A DNA stretch of 64,000 bases from contig NIVC01003680.1 of assembly GCA_002269645.1 (NCBI GenBank), forward strand, positions 19,161 through 83,160. Reading direction: 5' to 3'. This DNA is from Macrostomum lignano (Eukaryota). The translations under genes were made by a program, and so were the position numbers. Numbering within the stretch: the first letter of the stretch is position 1; each line of letters starts with the position of its first letter. The notes below the pieces were generated by a model, which searched no databases, had not been told where the DNA came from, and was given only the letters and a program-made list of their open reading frames with translations. This document shows, one piece after another, positions 12,764 through 28,494 of this stretch.

Positions 12764-13839
12764 ATGAAAATCAAATGGGAATCAGCACCAATAACCATTC
12801 TTGAAAATGTTTTTAAATACCTCGGCTTTCGCGACCGATACCACGCATCCCAGGTATGTTTCCAGTGGTACGACGCCTTTTACTGTCCGAGCTTGTGGTC
12901 ATATTTAACTATTGATGGAAAAGTTTTTACAAAAAGCGAAAAGACATGTTTATGGGACCACAAAAGGATGTTAAGCATATGTTCTTCGAGAGCTACCTTC
13001 ACTGCTTCGGCTCGAAGATCCGAGGAATTCGTTTCGAACCTTTTGATAATTATTTCAACCTGTATGAATTTCTATTCATGATTTCTAAATACTTTGATGA
13101 CTTCGGCACTGAAGCGATGCCACTGCTGCGCAGCTTTGAATACGCATTCTTTTGCATCTTTGATGGCAATGTGACTTTTGGATCTGGCGGCAGAATGCTG
13201 GAAGTTTTGGTTAAAACTGTCAGAAAGCTTCCAAGTTCGGTTCGCAGGCTGGAGCTTAGCAACCTGTTCTTGTCATACTATGACTCATCTATGCTCCTTA
13301 ATAGTTTCTGTCACCTCAAGCACAGCCTAGTCGTGCTTAACATTAGCAACGTGACCAAGGATATTCGCACCGCGTCATATACAGCCCTGCTGGAGATGGT
13401 AAACCTGGAGCGCGTATCCGTCAGTCTGTTGAACATATCGGAGCCACTGATACGAGCACTATGCTGCCTTCCAGCACTGCGCGAAGTGTGCGCTATCGAG
13501 GACGAATTTACTCAGATTTTCACACTAGAACTGATGGAGACGCAGTGTCCAAACGAGCTGTGGGCCGCGCTGACTCTCACCAGATGCCTCACTCTGGAGA
13601 TTCATCAGGACTTCAGTCAGCCAATGCTGCTGCTGCCCAAACAGTGTCCATTCAAAAGGGTGACTTATCGCTCGAAGCTGAGGCGGCTCACCATTGAGGA
13701 TCTGATGGATTTGCAGAAGATCTTTCATGCCACATTGCGCGAAGTCTATGTTGAAACCTCGTACAAGAACTTCTGCGAATTATATCTACCATTGCAAGGT
13801 TTTGTGTCTGTTCCTCTGCTGCTTCAGCTGGAGAAGTGA
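12764..13839 (+). CDS. F-box protein (FBXO39-like, LRR-type C-terminus) with one apparent frameshift at 12931-12935
   Basis: N-terminal WESAPITILENVFKYLGFRDRYHASQVCFQWYDAFYCPSLW is an F-box pattern. Adding one A to the A5 run joins it to the 297-aa ORF, giving FTKKRKDMFMGPQ...FEPFDNYFNLYEFL followed by LxxLxL repeats. Confidence 0.8.
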
Positions 13840-15355
13840 AGCTTTCATACTGTTCTCAGATAGACTTAACTAGGTTAAATTATAGGATTTTTTACTTCAC
13901 TTTCCACAAAGGCCCTTGTGCTTGTGCTTCTATTAGAGTTTTTTTCTTAAAAAGCCAATATTTTAAGAACCAAATACAGCTAACCAATTTGCAAGTTTCT
14001 TATCAAATATTTTCTTTTTTTCTGCTGCCCATTATTTATAGAAAAATGATTCTTGGTTTTTAGATGCTATGCCTTCTAATATGTATTTAGAAAAAAATTA
14101 TATATATAGCTATTAACACAGCACTTTGTATTATTAACTCATTGATATTCTCCTATTTCTCTAGTCAAAAAACTGTATGAGGCAGTTCTCAGAAACTATT
14201 AGAAAGAAAAAGTGTTCACTAAAGCAAACAATTACAAGCGTAATCTGGATCTAAAGTCTGTTTTTGTGTGCTTTTTATATTTTAAAAATAAACTTGCTTA
14301 TTGGATTATGACACTAATATTTAGATTGTTTTGAAAAGTTATTAATCAATGATACTAAAATAAATTTTTACAGCTGTTTGTATTTAAAATATTTTTCTTT
14401 ACTTCAAATAAACTTTTGAAAAATGCATTGAAGCAATTTTTGTTTAATGAATATAGCCAAAAATAATAGAAAAATATTTTAGACAACTGTCCAATATGCT
14501 TCGATTTTCTACAAATTCAAGGTGGTTTTTTCATTTAATAGCAAACATGATTAAAACATTACAAATTCAGATTCAGTTTAGAAATGAAGATGGTAAATCG
14601 ATGCTAACTTAGAAATAGTTGATTTTCAGAATTTTATACTTTGAGAGACAGCAAAAGATATAGGATACCAGTATTTGTTGCATTAAAATGTATTCTAAAA
14701 TATTTGTTTATTATAAAGGTAATTATATGTTTAGTGTATTTATTCAATCAAACAATAAATATTTGTTTAATATTAAATCTCAACAAATAATCATTTATAG
14801 AATAATATTCAACAAGCAATAGCACTTAGAACAATACTAGCCAAGACAATCAAAGACAAACGAAAATCATTGTTGAATTTTTTATGGAATCAAAATTTTA
14901 CATTGCAAAGTTTGTACCATCCTATTTATAGTAAGCCTAGAGAGTAATGACTTTTATTAAGATTTATTTAAAATTATACTTCACCAAATGCTAAACCGAT
15001 CTCTGTTGTCAGAAGCGTCGATAAATAAGTGCATTTTATCAAGTACTCCTCGCCTCTTTTGATTGCATCCCTCGTGACAATCTGAACGTTTAAAGCCTTG
15101 GAGACTTCCGGGATTATGCTTGGTACCCCTGCTGCTCGCATCGACTCGTTCGCAGCAAATCAACACTGGCCGTGCATGAGCTGGCTTGGGATCCTGCTGA
15201 ATATTGGATTGGCCGGGGGGGTATTTTTCCTTCCCCTCATTCCCATTGCGCCCATATATTTTCATCAACTGCAACCGTGTGACAGCTGAGATCGGCATCC
15301 CTGTGTAAGTAGAGAGCTCGCGGATTCCAGTCAGCCTAATAGCCGTCAGTACAGC

Positions 15356-18300
15356 ATGCGGCGCGCATGCGGCTGCTCAGACGGCAATCTCTGCCGGACA
15401 GTTGTCATTTTTGTAGTTCAGGTGATCTCTTTAGTACTAACTCCGCTAGTGCTAGTGTTCGTTAAGGAGGCGATTAACCCTGTAGTGATTGTCATTTCAA
15501 TTGCATTCCTGCTACTACTTATTGTCTCACTGATGTGCTGCATGTTGGCCAGGGTGAGTTCCGAGATTCAGAAATCATTAATGAATTCATTGCAAAATTC
15601 AATAAGCTATGACATCACGTCACAGTCTCTCTCACTGATTCTGGTCAACAGAATAACTGGATTATTTAAGAATAGGAGCTTGAATTAAGGGCCCCTATTC
15701 AAGGGCGTCCTTTTGATAGTAGTCCTTGGCTCCAATCTGATAGTACAACTAACTATTGCAGCAGATAAATCTGGCTAAAAATAAAGTCCTACCTAATCTT
15801 AGAATTTTGGATTCCTTCGTTACCTTTCGAGTTAATCAGGGCCAGTTCCATAACTTACATGTGCATGTGCTGATAGGTGTCTCTCTAACCAAAGCGTCAC
15901 TCTGAGTGAGTCTTGATTACGAGTAAATGAGAAAGTCAATCGTGATCACTTGGAAATATGCATGCATGTATGGTGTCTTTGCTATTTCATAGTCGTTTTT
16001 TTCACACAGTTCAATCCAGGGGTGCCGCCACCGGTCGGGGGACAGGGGGCATGCCTCTTACAAGACACCTTGAAACCGGATTGTTCAAAAAGTTTTAATG
16101 ACCAAAAATGAGCTCTTAAGCCTGCATAGCTTAAATGGAAATCCTCAAATTAGCTTTAGGGCGCCTAGTTAGTGTCTATGGCGCTAAAATGAGTGCCTGC
16201 GGCGCTAAAATGAGTGCCTGCAGCGCTAAAATGAGTGCCTTTGGCGCTTAAATGAGTGCCTGCGGCTCTAAAATGAGTGTTTCTGGCGCTAAAATGAGTG
16301 TCTGTGGTGCCAAAATGAGTGCCTGTGGCGCCAAAATGAGTGCCTGTGGCGCCAAAATGAGTGCCTGCAGCGCTAAAATGAGTGCCACCAAAAATGAATG
16401 TTTGTGGGGCTAAAATGAGTGGCTGCGGTGCTAAAATGAGTGCCTGCGGCGCTAAAATGAGTGCCTGTGGCGCTAAAATGAGTGCCTGCGGCGCTAAAAT
16501 GAGTACTAAGTACCAAGAAAGGATTTTTTTGTTTTAAACTCTTGGTTATTCCCTTCCCCCCTTCACCATTGAATCTATGGCGACACCTCTAGTTGAAGCA
16601 TTTCATATTCGGTGAATAAATGTGATATAATATCGCATGATTATTGTTAGAAGAGGATTAGTGTATCACGGCTCGTCAACGCCATTAATCCAAACCCGGC
16701 ATTAGGCAATAAAAATCGAGATTTCATCCCATAGTTACGCCGCATCCCTAATATGGCCGGCCCTGCAGTCTGTCTGCCCCTGAAATTAGCTGTACAGGGT
16801 GGGCTACTGTATGTAAAAGCTATGCAGAATTTGGATTCTCATCAATCACTCCCTCAGTCTGTCTGTACGTGTGGGTCTCTGACTTTTTTCTGGGAAATTT
16901 TCTCCCCACACTTCCCTGCCCTACTTCAAACTTAATCTGATTGCTGTTTGTTTTACTCAGTAATGTGCCTCTCTGAGATTCGGAATGAACGAAATTCAAT
17001 ATATTTCTTTAGTTGGGACTTTTGGCAACCGCAGACTTTGGTGAGAGGCATAGCCTGGGGGAAATCAATTTATTAAATAAGTTTCATCGGCTCGCCATCT
17101 TCCTTAGGCGAGATGCAGAACTCAAATTTACGAGGGGCCTGTATTCCTAAGCGCTATTAAATGCAACAAAAATACTCTTAAAAAAGCCTCCCATTGCCCT
17201 CTCGAATTCCATTCTCCCATTGCTCTCTCAGATCCCATTCTATCAGATCCCATTCTATCAGATCCCATTCTATCAGATCCCATTCTCTCAGATCCCATTC
17301 TATCAGATCCCATTCTATCAGATCCCATTCTCTCAGATCCCATTCTATCAGATCCCATTCTATCAGATCCCATCTCTCAGATCCCATTCTATCAGATCCC
17401 ATTCTCTCAGATCCCATTCTATCAGATCCCATTCTATCAGATCCCATTCTATCAGATCCCATTCTCTCAGATCCCATTCTATCAGATCCCATTCTATCAG
17501 ATCCCATTCTCTCAGATCCCATTCTCTCAGTTTCCATTCTCTCAGATCCCATTCTCTCAGATCCCATTCTCTCAGATCCCATTCTCTCAGTTTCCATTCT
17601 CTCAGTTTCCATTCTCTCAGTTTCCATTCTCTCAGTTTCCATTCTCTCAGTTCCCATTCTTTCAGTTCCCATTCTCAGTTTCCATTCTCTCAGTTTCCAT
17701 TCTCTCAGATCCCATTCTCTCAGATCCCATTCTCTCAGTTTCTATTCTCTCAGTTTCCATTCTCTCAGTTTCCATTCTCTCAGTTTCCATTCTCTCAGTT
17801 CCCATTCTCTCAGTTCCCATTCTCAGTTTCCATTCTCTCAGATCCCATTCTCTCAGATCCCATTCTCTCAGTTCCCATTCTCTCAGTTTCCATTCTCTCA
17901 GTTTCTATTCTCTCAGTTTCCATTCTCTCAGTTCCCATTCTCTCAGTTCCCATTCTCTCAGTTTCCATTCTCTCAGTTCCCATTCTCTCAGTTTCCATTC
18001 TCTCAGTTTCCATTCTCTCAGATCCCATTCTCTCAGATCCCATTCTCTCAGATCCCATTCTCTCAGATCCCATTCTCTCAGATCCCATTCTCTCAGATCC
18101 CATTCTCTCAAATCCCATTCTCTCAAATCCCATTCTCTCACATCCCATTCTCCCACTAACCTCTAAAAAATCCCATTCTCCTATTGTCCTCCGATCCCAC
18201 TCCCCCATTGACCTTTCAAGTGTTTTCTTCGTAGAAAATCGAGCACTGGGATAAATTGCAATTCCAAACACTCCACCCAGTGCCTGTACATCAGAAATCG

Positions 18301-19221
18301 CGACCTCGGCTGCCTCCTCCGCAACAACGAAGCCGCAGTAGTCGAAACGGCAGTCAGCTTCGATGAGGCGATCGTTGATGCCGAAGCTGATGATGTTCTG
18401 CATCAGCCGCTCAGGGGCACCCGGCTTCTGGCCTCTGGTCGGCGTCGTGACATGAGCACTGACGACTCTGTGGATGAGGTGAGCATGCACTCTGAAAGGG
18501 ACATGCGAGAGACAAAACAGCTCAGCGGTAAACGCACCTGACTCGCGAGTCGCGATCCCTGGTTCGATCCTGGGAGCGGCCGCATTCCTTTGGTGCCAGA
18601 GGTTGTCACGCCATTCACACCCAGCAGGAGAGTCATTGACTCAACCCCTAAAGCAGGGGTCGGCGAACTCCGGCCCGCGAAGCCTCTCTATGCGGCCCTC
18701 GGGTCCTTTGAAACTTCAAAATAGCAATCCAGCACACCCAAGGCTTGTGTCCCTTCTCGGCTCTCTCCTCTCCCCTCTCCTCTCATCTCTGCTCTTCTAT
18801 CCTCTCCTCCTCTTTTCTCTCCTCTCCTCTCCTATTATCTTCTTCTTTTCTCTCAAATCTGGCCCGAATCAGCGGAATGGACACATATTTACTTCCATAT
18901 GTAAATGGTGCATCGTCATTTCCGGGCATCAAAACTAATATTTATATTTTGGAGGTCGCCAATCGGTATTGTGATTGCTGCTTGAATTTCAAATTTAAAT
19001 TTGAAAAAACCACAAATTAAAACAAAAATAAATTTTGCCACGTTTAGATCCACCTGATGTCGACATCCAGAACCTGCGCCACCATCGTCGGACCCGAGGC
19101 CGCCTCCGAGGAGACGGCCATTGTCACCACTGTAGTCGGTGGCTCCTCGGCCGCGGAACCGTGGCAACCAGAACAGCAGAAGAGACAAACATCTGACCGG
19201 CCACTGGCCAATAACGTATGA
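15356..19221 (+). CDS. Orphan membrane protein, 3 exons (15356-15553, 18281-18478, 19048-19221), 189 aa
   Basis: All junctions are phase 0 with canonical sites (AGG|GTGAGT, CCCAG|TGC, GAG|GTGAGC, TTTAG|ATC) and the frame stays open. Exon 1 has two hydrophobic helices (VVIFVVQVISLVLTPLVLVFV; VVIVISIAFLLLLIVSLMCCML), followed by a polar tail ending ANNV*. Confidence 0.7.
16017..16591. mobile_element. Non-autonomous DNA-transposon-like element carrying an internal 21-bp tandem array
   Basis: Imperfect terminal inverted repeats CAGGGGTGCCGCCA / TGGCGACACCTCTA. The array GGCGCTAAAATGAGTGCCTGC occupies 16180-16505. No TSD recognised. Confidence 0.5.
17210..18155. repeat. 15-bp minisatellite CCCATTCTCTCAGAT (intron 1 of the membrane-protein gene)
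   Basis: About 62 units arranged in variant blocks; source of the SDPIL/MGSER ORFs. Confidence 0.97.
18518..18610 (+). mobile_element. tRNA-derived SINE head (truncated)
   Basis: AGCTCAGCGGTA (A box) and GGTTCGATCC (B box) at tRNA-like spacing, but no acceptor stem. Confidence 0.55.
18654..18960 (+). mobile_element. hAT/Charlie-like non-autonomous element end
   Basis: CAGGGGTCGGCGAACTCCGGCCCGCG...TGCGGCCC resembles hAT-Charlie termini (CAGGGGTCGGCAAACT..GGCCCGCG). A shorter relative lies at 43465-43535. Confidence 0.55.
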
Positions 19222-19618
19222 AACATTCGCCGACACTTATTCAGACACTTCTACAGACACTTAAGTTTCTGTCGTACGAATCGTAGGAACAAGCATTAAA
19301 TTTGTTTATTCCTCACAAACTACCAGTAAAATGCTTTATTTTAAGCTTTTTTTGCTTTATTTTATTAAATATGAATTAGGAAGTGTCCTGGACAAATTTA
19401 ACATTCTTCTTCACGTGAAGAGAATCTATGCAGAATAACAAATTTCATGATTCATATTTAATAAAATAAAGCAAAAAAAGCTTTAAATAAAACATTTTAC
19501 TGGTAGTTTGTGAGGAATAAACAAATTTAATGCTTGTTCCTACGATTCGTACGACAGAAACTTAAGTGTCTGTAGAAGTGTCTGAATAAGTGTCGGCGAA
19601 TGTTTAATACGTTGGCCA
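19205..19618. mobile_element. Foldback/MITE-like element with ~170-bp near-perfect inverted arms
   Basis: Arm 19205-19376 is the reverse complement of 19450-19618 with only a few differences. The central spacer contains the palindrome TCTTCACGTGAAGA. Confidence 0.9.
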
Positions 19619-21479
19619 AGAGTGTTCCAGTCAACCTTTGACTAATGATTGCATCGGCATGCATGTAAGGGCATGCATATCTCCTGGATAACTGTTGGCA
19701 ACTTCTGCAGGCACTCCTGCAGATGAAAGTTCTCCCTCTCATTAAAATTGTTGGTTTTCTACTAAACCTACTTATAGTAAAAATGTGTTAACCCCCTTGA
19801 GAAAGTAATAAAGTACATTTATAGTGCTCAAAAGTTTGAAAGTGTAGCACCCTTAGCGCTATAATTATCCAATTATCTTTTGCTTTAGATATAAAACTCA
19901 CAAAGATCGTGTAATTTTTTAGGCCTATTTCTTGGAGAAAAATACACTGCGGAGATAAGAAAAATCACTCTTTGATCATAAAAATCAATTCATTGCATTT
20001 AATCTGGGGCAGTGAAGATTATCAATCTTTTAATTTGGCATGCAAATCATTTTACTCTGTTAATTGTGTTTTATATAGTTGTGGTAGTGAAAGTTTCATT
20101 TTCATATAGTTTTCCTTTAATTTAGCAAAACCAAAAGTTGAAAATGCTCACAAGTGGCATTAGCCTTACTTTTTGTTGTTTGGTTCTTAAATACAAGCAT
20201 ATTTGTAATAAAAATGTTGTATGCAGGTACTCTTAAGCCATTATTGGTGGCATAATTTCATTTCAATGCATATTAGTTCCTACATACAACACAGTCAGTG
20301 CATACAGCTTTTGGCTTTTTAAATAAAAAAATAATATGAAAATTAAACTTTTACTAGACAGCTAGCCATATAAATCATTAAAATAATGGTAATCTTCACT
20401 GTCCCAGATCAAACGCAATCATTGATTATGTGACGGAAAAATGGTTTTTCCTATCGCTTTTCCAAATAGGACGTAAATGATATTGTTACGGGGAAATTGG
20501 CCTTCATTTGCACGATTTTTTACGTCCTATATTTCTTCTACTTTGTTTCTTATTGTAATCCTACTAGCAGTAGGGTAGGTAGAAGATTGATTCCAATCTA
20601 AAAAAATAAAAATGGGTAAAACAGTTCTGCAGCTTAACATGGGACAACTTCGGGCGAAAAAAATACTCAAAAAGAAAAATCGAACTCCCGTAAAATTTGC
20701 ATGCACGAGTTGAAAGTGCAGTGAGATTCTCCTTGAGTAGGTCGTCATATAATTATTAACTTTAATTACTAACAATAATAATTTTTAAAACGCAATCGGT
20801 CCACACAAAAATATTGTTGCAACCAATTAATGAGATCGCGAAAAACAGATCTGCACTGCTTGTTAGTAAATACACGTAGATATACAAATCATATTAATTT
20901 ACTTTTATGTACATGTAAGGTTATCGATTTTGTATGTTTGGATTGAATAGATCAATGAAAATTTAGATCGGTGCCAAAAATATAAAAATAATTTTACTAC
21001 AATTAGTCTAAAAAACAGCTTGTTTTTTACTGTAAAAATGAAAAATTTCTTCGCTAAGTGTAAGACAATTTAAACCCAATTTAAACTTGTGTCATTTTAA
21101 TGAAATAACGTTAACCGTAACTTCTACTATATTACAGTATTCCATTAAAATAATAGTCACTATTAAAATAATAGTGACTTTCGAACTAGAAACAATACAC
21201 CTACATCACTAACGGTAAAATTTAATTTGGAAAAAAATTCAAAAAAATCACATTTTATAGAATCAAACAAGCATGGATGAAAACTTCTAACATTTCTTCA
21301 GAATGGGACTAGCTAAGATAGCTGCGTCTGTCTGATCATCGAGCTGATACAGACAGAAAAAGAGCCAGGAACAGAACTTAAAACCTTCAAATTTTGGAAT
21401 TCTAGCATTCCATAAAAATTCGACTGGCATACTTTATGCGTTGCAGTTCCATGTAGTGAAAACTAAATGAGTCTTAATG

Positions 21480-21840
21480 GGGTTGGCATGGACAGGGAGG
21501 GAGGTGGCTACAGAAGTGGGGGTTGGCATGGACAGGGAGTGAGGTGGCTGCAGAAGTGGGGGTTGGCATGGACAGGGAGTGAGGTGGCTGCAGAAGTGGG
21601 GGTTGGTATGAACAGGGGAGTGAGGTGGCTGTAGAAGTGGGGGTTGGCATGGACAGGGAGTGAGGTGGCTGCAGAAGTGGGGTTTGGCCTGGACAGGGAG
21701 TGGTGGCTGCAGAAGTGGGGTTGGAATGGGCAAAGAGTGAGGTGTCTGCAGAAGTGGGGTTGGCATGGGCAAAGAGTGAGGTGGCTGCAGAAGTGGGGTG
21801 GCATGGACAGGGGAGTGAGGTGGCTGCAGAAGTGGTCGTG
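21480..21840. repeat. ~40-bp minisatellite GGGGTTGGCATGGACAGGGAGTGAGGTGGCTGCAGAAGTG
   Basis: About 9 units. Confidence 0.93.
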
Positions 21841-22064
21841 GAGGTCAGGATTGGGCATGAAGTCAGAGGCTCATAAGAGATGGAATGAAGTTTCCACAGT
21901 ACACTTCCAGAAGTTCCCCTTTTAGTAAAAACTGACAATAAAATGAATATCTGTAGCATGAACTTTAAGCCGAATAGTTCGTTAGCTACCCTTTTTCATG
22001 TTTGGACTATATTGTATGATCTATCAACTACGAGTACTAAGAAAAGCAAATAATTTAGGGCGAT

Positions 22065-26558
<4,494 letters not shown>

Positions 26559-27603
26559 GCTGTGGCACAGAGGTGGATTTCTCTCTAACCCCGACGCTCG
26601 GAGAAAACCTCGGGGGCAAGTTTTGCCAGTGTGAAAAGAAAATTATATTTTGCCAAAACGCGCTGCCTTTTTACTTTCTGAGAACAGAGACTCATTATGC
26701 GCAAAAAGCAACTGCTGCTGGAGACTCGCTTTTCATCTTTCTCTCTGTTTCTCTCTCACTGTAGCCGCCACTACAAGCTAAGTATTGTGGCCGCTGAACT
26801 ACTCAAGCCAGAAACTATTTTTGAACAGAAACTGCGACTGACGCCTGTTGAAGCCAGACTTGAAGGGCAGAATCTCTCCATCGCCGCAAAAACGTTTTAT
26901 TATAAGATAGCATAGACTTATTAGTTTTTTATGCACTATTTTTCTTTTAAAATTTGTACATTACGTCTCGGCTCATTGAACACCCTCAGTGCCCTGCGTG
27001 GCATTGCCTGTGCACAATGCCAACATCTGTATCCAAAGCGGATTCGAAAAAAATTCTTAACTCGGTAGCCATACTCGTACATTCATTTAGCGAGAGAGAC
27101 GAGCTTCCAAAGGACAGTTGGAAACAAAAAATATGCATTTTTTCTACTTCATCGTTATAAGCTTCTCATTCAAATGTTTTTTTCTCTGATTTATAGCTGG
27201 GCTGCATCCCTGCATCCAGCCCAAACCACATATACTGAAACAAACTAGATGGCCTCTTACGCATATGCGCAGTTAGAACAGCTTTCTACTTCTTAATTAA
27301 GTAGCAAAAAAGAATACACAAGCTATTTTTTGAAAATAAAGCCAGCTGGAATTTGATACACTCGTAAGTTTAGAAGCCCACTAGCAATCTACGCCCCCCG
27401 TTGGGGAGCCAAAGAAATGCAATACACGTTTTTTTAATAAGCTACATGTATCCTTGAAATCTTAAAAAATCTCCTGTCAAACCTTGTAAGCCTTGACATG
27501 TCAGTAATTCCCCCCCACAAGCTTTAACATATCAACTTCCCCCCTTGACATCTCAGCAATGCCCCCAATAAGCCTTGGAAATCTAAAAATATCTGTCAAC
27601 CTT

Positions 27604-27677
27604 CTAACCCTAACCCTAGCCTAACCCTAACCCTTACCCTAACCCTAACCCTAACCATAACCCTAACCTAACCCTAA
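27604..27677 (-). repeat. Interstitial telomere-like (TTAGGG)n tract
   Basis: About 12 mostly CCCTAA units; a more degenerate tract lies at about 28065-28110. Confidence 0.8.
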
Positions 27678-28494
27678 GCATTGAAATTTCAGTAATTCTC
27701 TCTAAGAGTCATAATAGCACTACTACAGGATTATAGCGATTCCCTACAAGCCTCGACATCGTAGGGATTCCCAAATGAATCTCCTAACTTCGACATGAAG
27801 CTTCTTTTATTTTTTACATTACGCTTTTTTATTATCAGCGATCCCTCCCCTGAGGAGGCATCAAATAATGTAATAAAAAGTTACAATAAGTTTTCAATAG
27901 ACTACATGTAGCTTCTGACTTTAGCCTTGAAATCTCATTTATACCCCCGTGAGCCTTGACATCTCAGCTATTCCCCCCGTAAGCCTTGACATGTCAGCGA
28001 TGGCCCCCATAAACCTTGAAATCTAAAAAATCCCCTGTTAACTTTGAAACCCGATAAAATATAACCCTCAACCCAAACCTGACCTAAACCTAACTTTAAC
28101 CCAACCTAAAACCTTGAAATCTCAGCAATTCTTCTCCCCTAAGCCTTGACATTTTAGTGATTCCTTCTTTAAGAATCACAGCACTATAACGATTTCCACC
28201 AAGCTTTGACATCGTAGCAATTCCCAAATGAATCTTTTAACTTCGACATGACTTTTCTTTTATGTATACATAGTGCTACTTTTATTTTTTACATGACTCT
28301 TCTTCTATCAGCGCCCCCCCCCGTGGCGAGCCAACAAAGAATGCAATAAAAAAATTGAGTAAAGTACATGAACTTTGAAGTAGCTTCTGACTTTTGCTTT
28401 GACATCTCAGAAACCCCCCCCCGTAATCTCAGTTATTCTCTGAGAGCCTTTACGTCTCAGTTTTTCTCCCCAGCACAGCATTATAGCTGCATTT

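Noticed and set aside
17128-18490. 200-340-aa ORFs (SDPIL, QIPFS, MGSER repeats)
   Set aside because: Stop-free 15-bp intronic repeat, open in nearly all frames.
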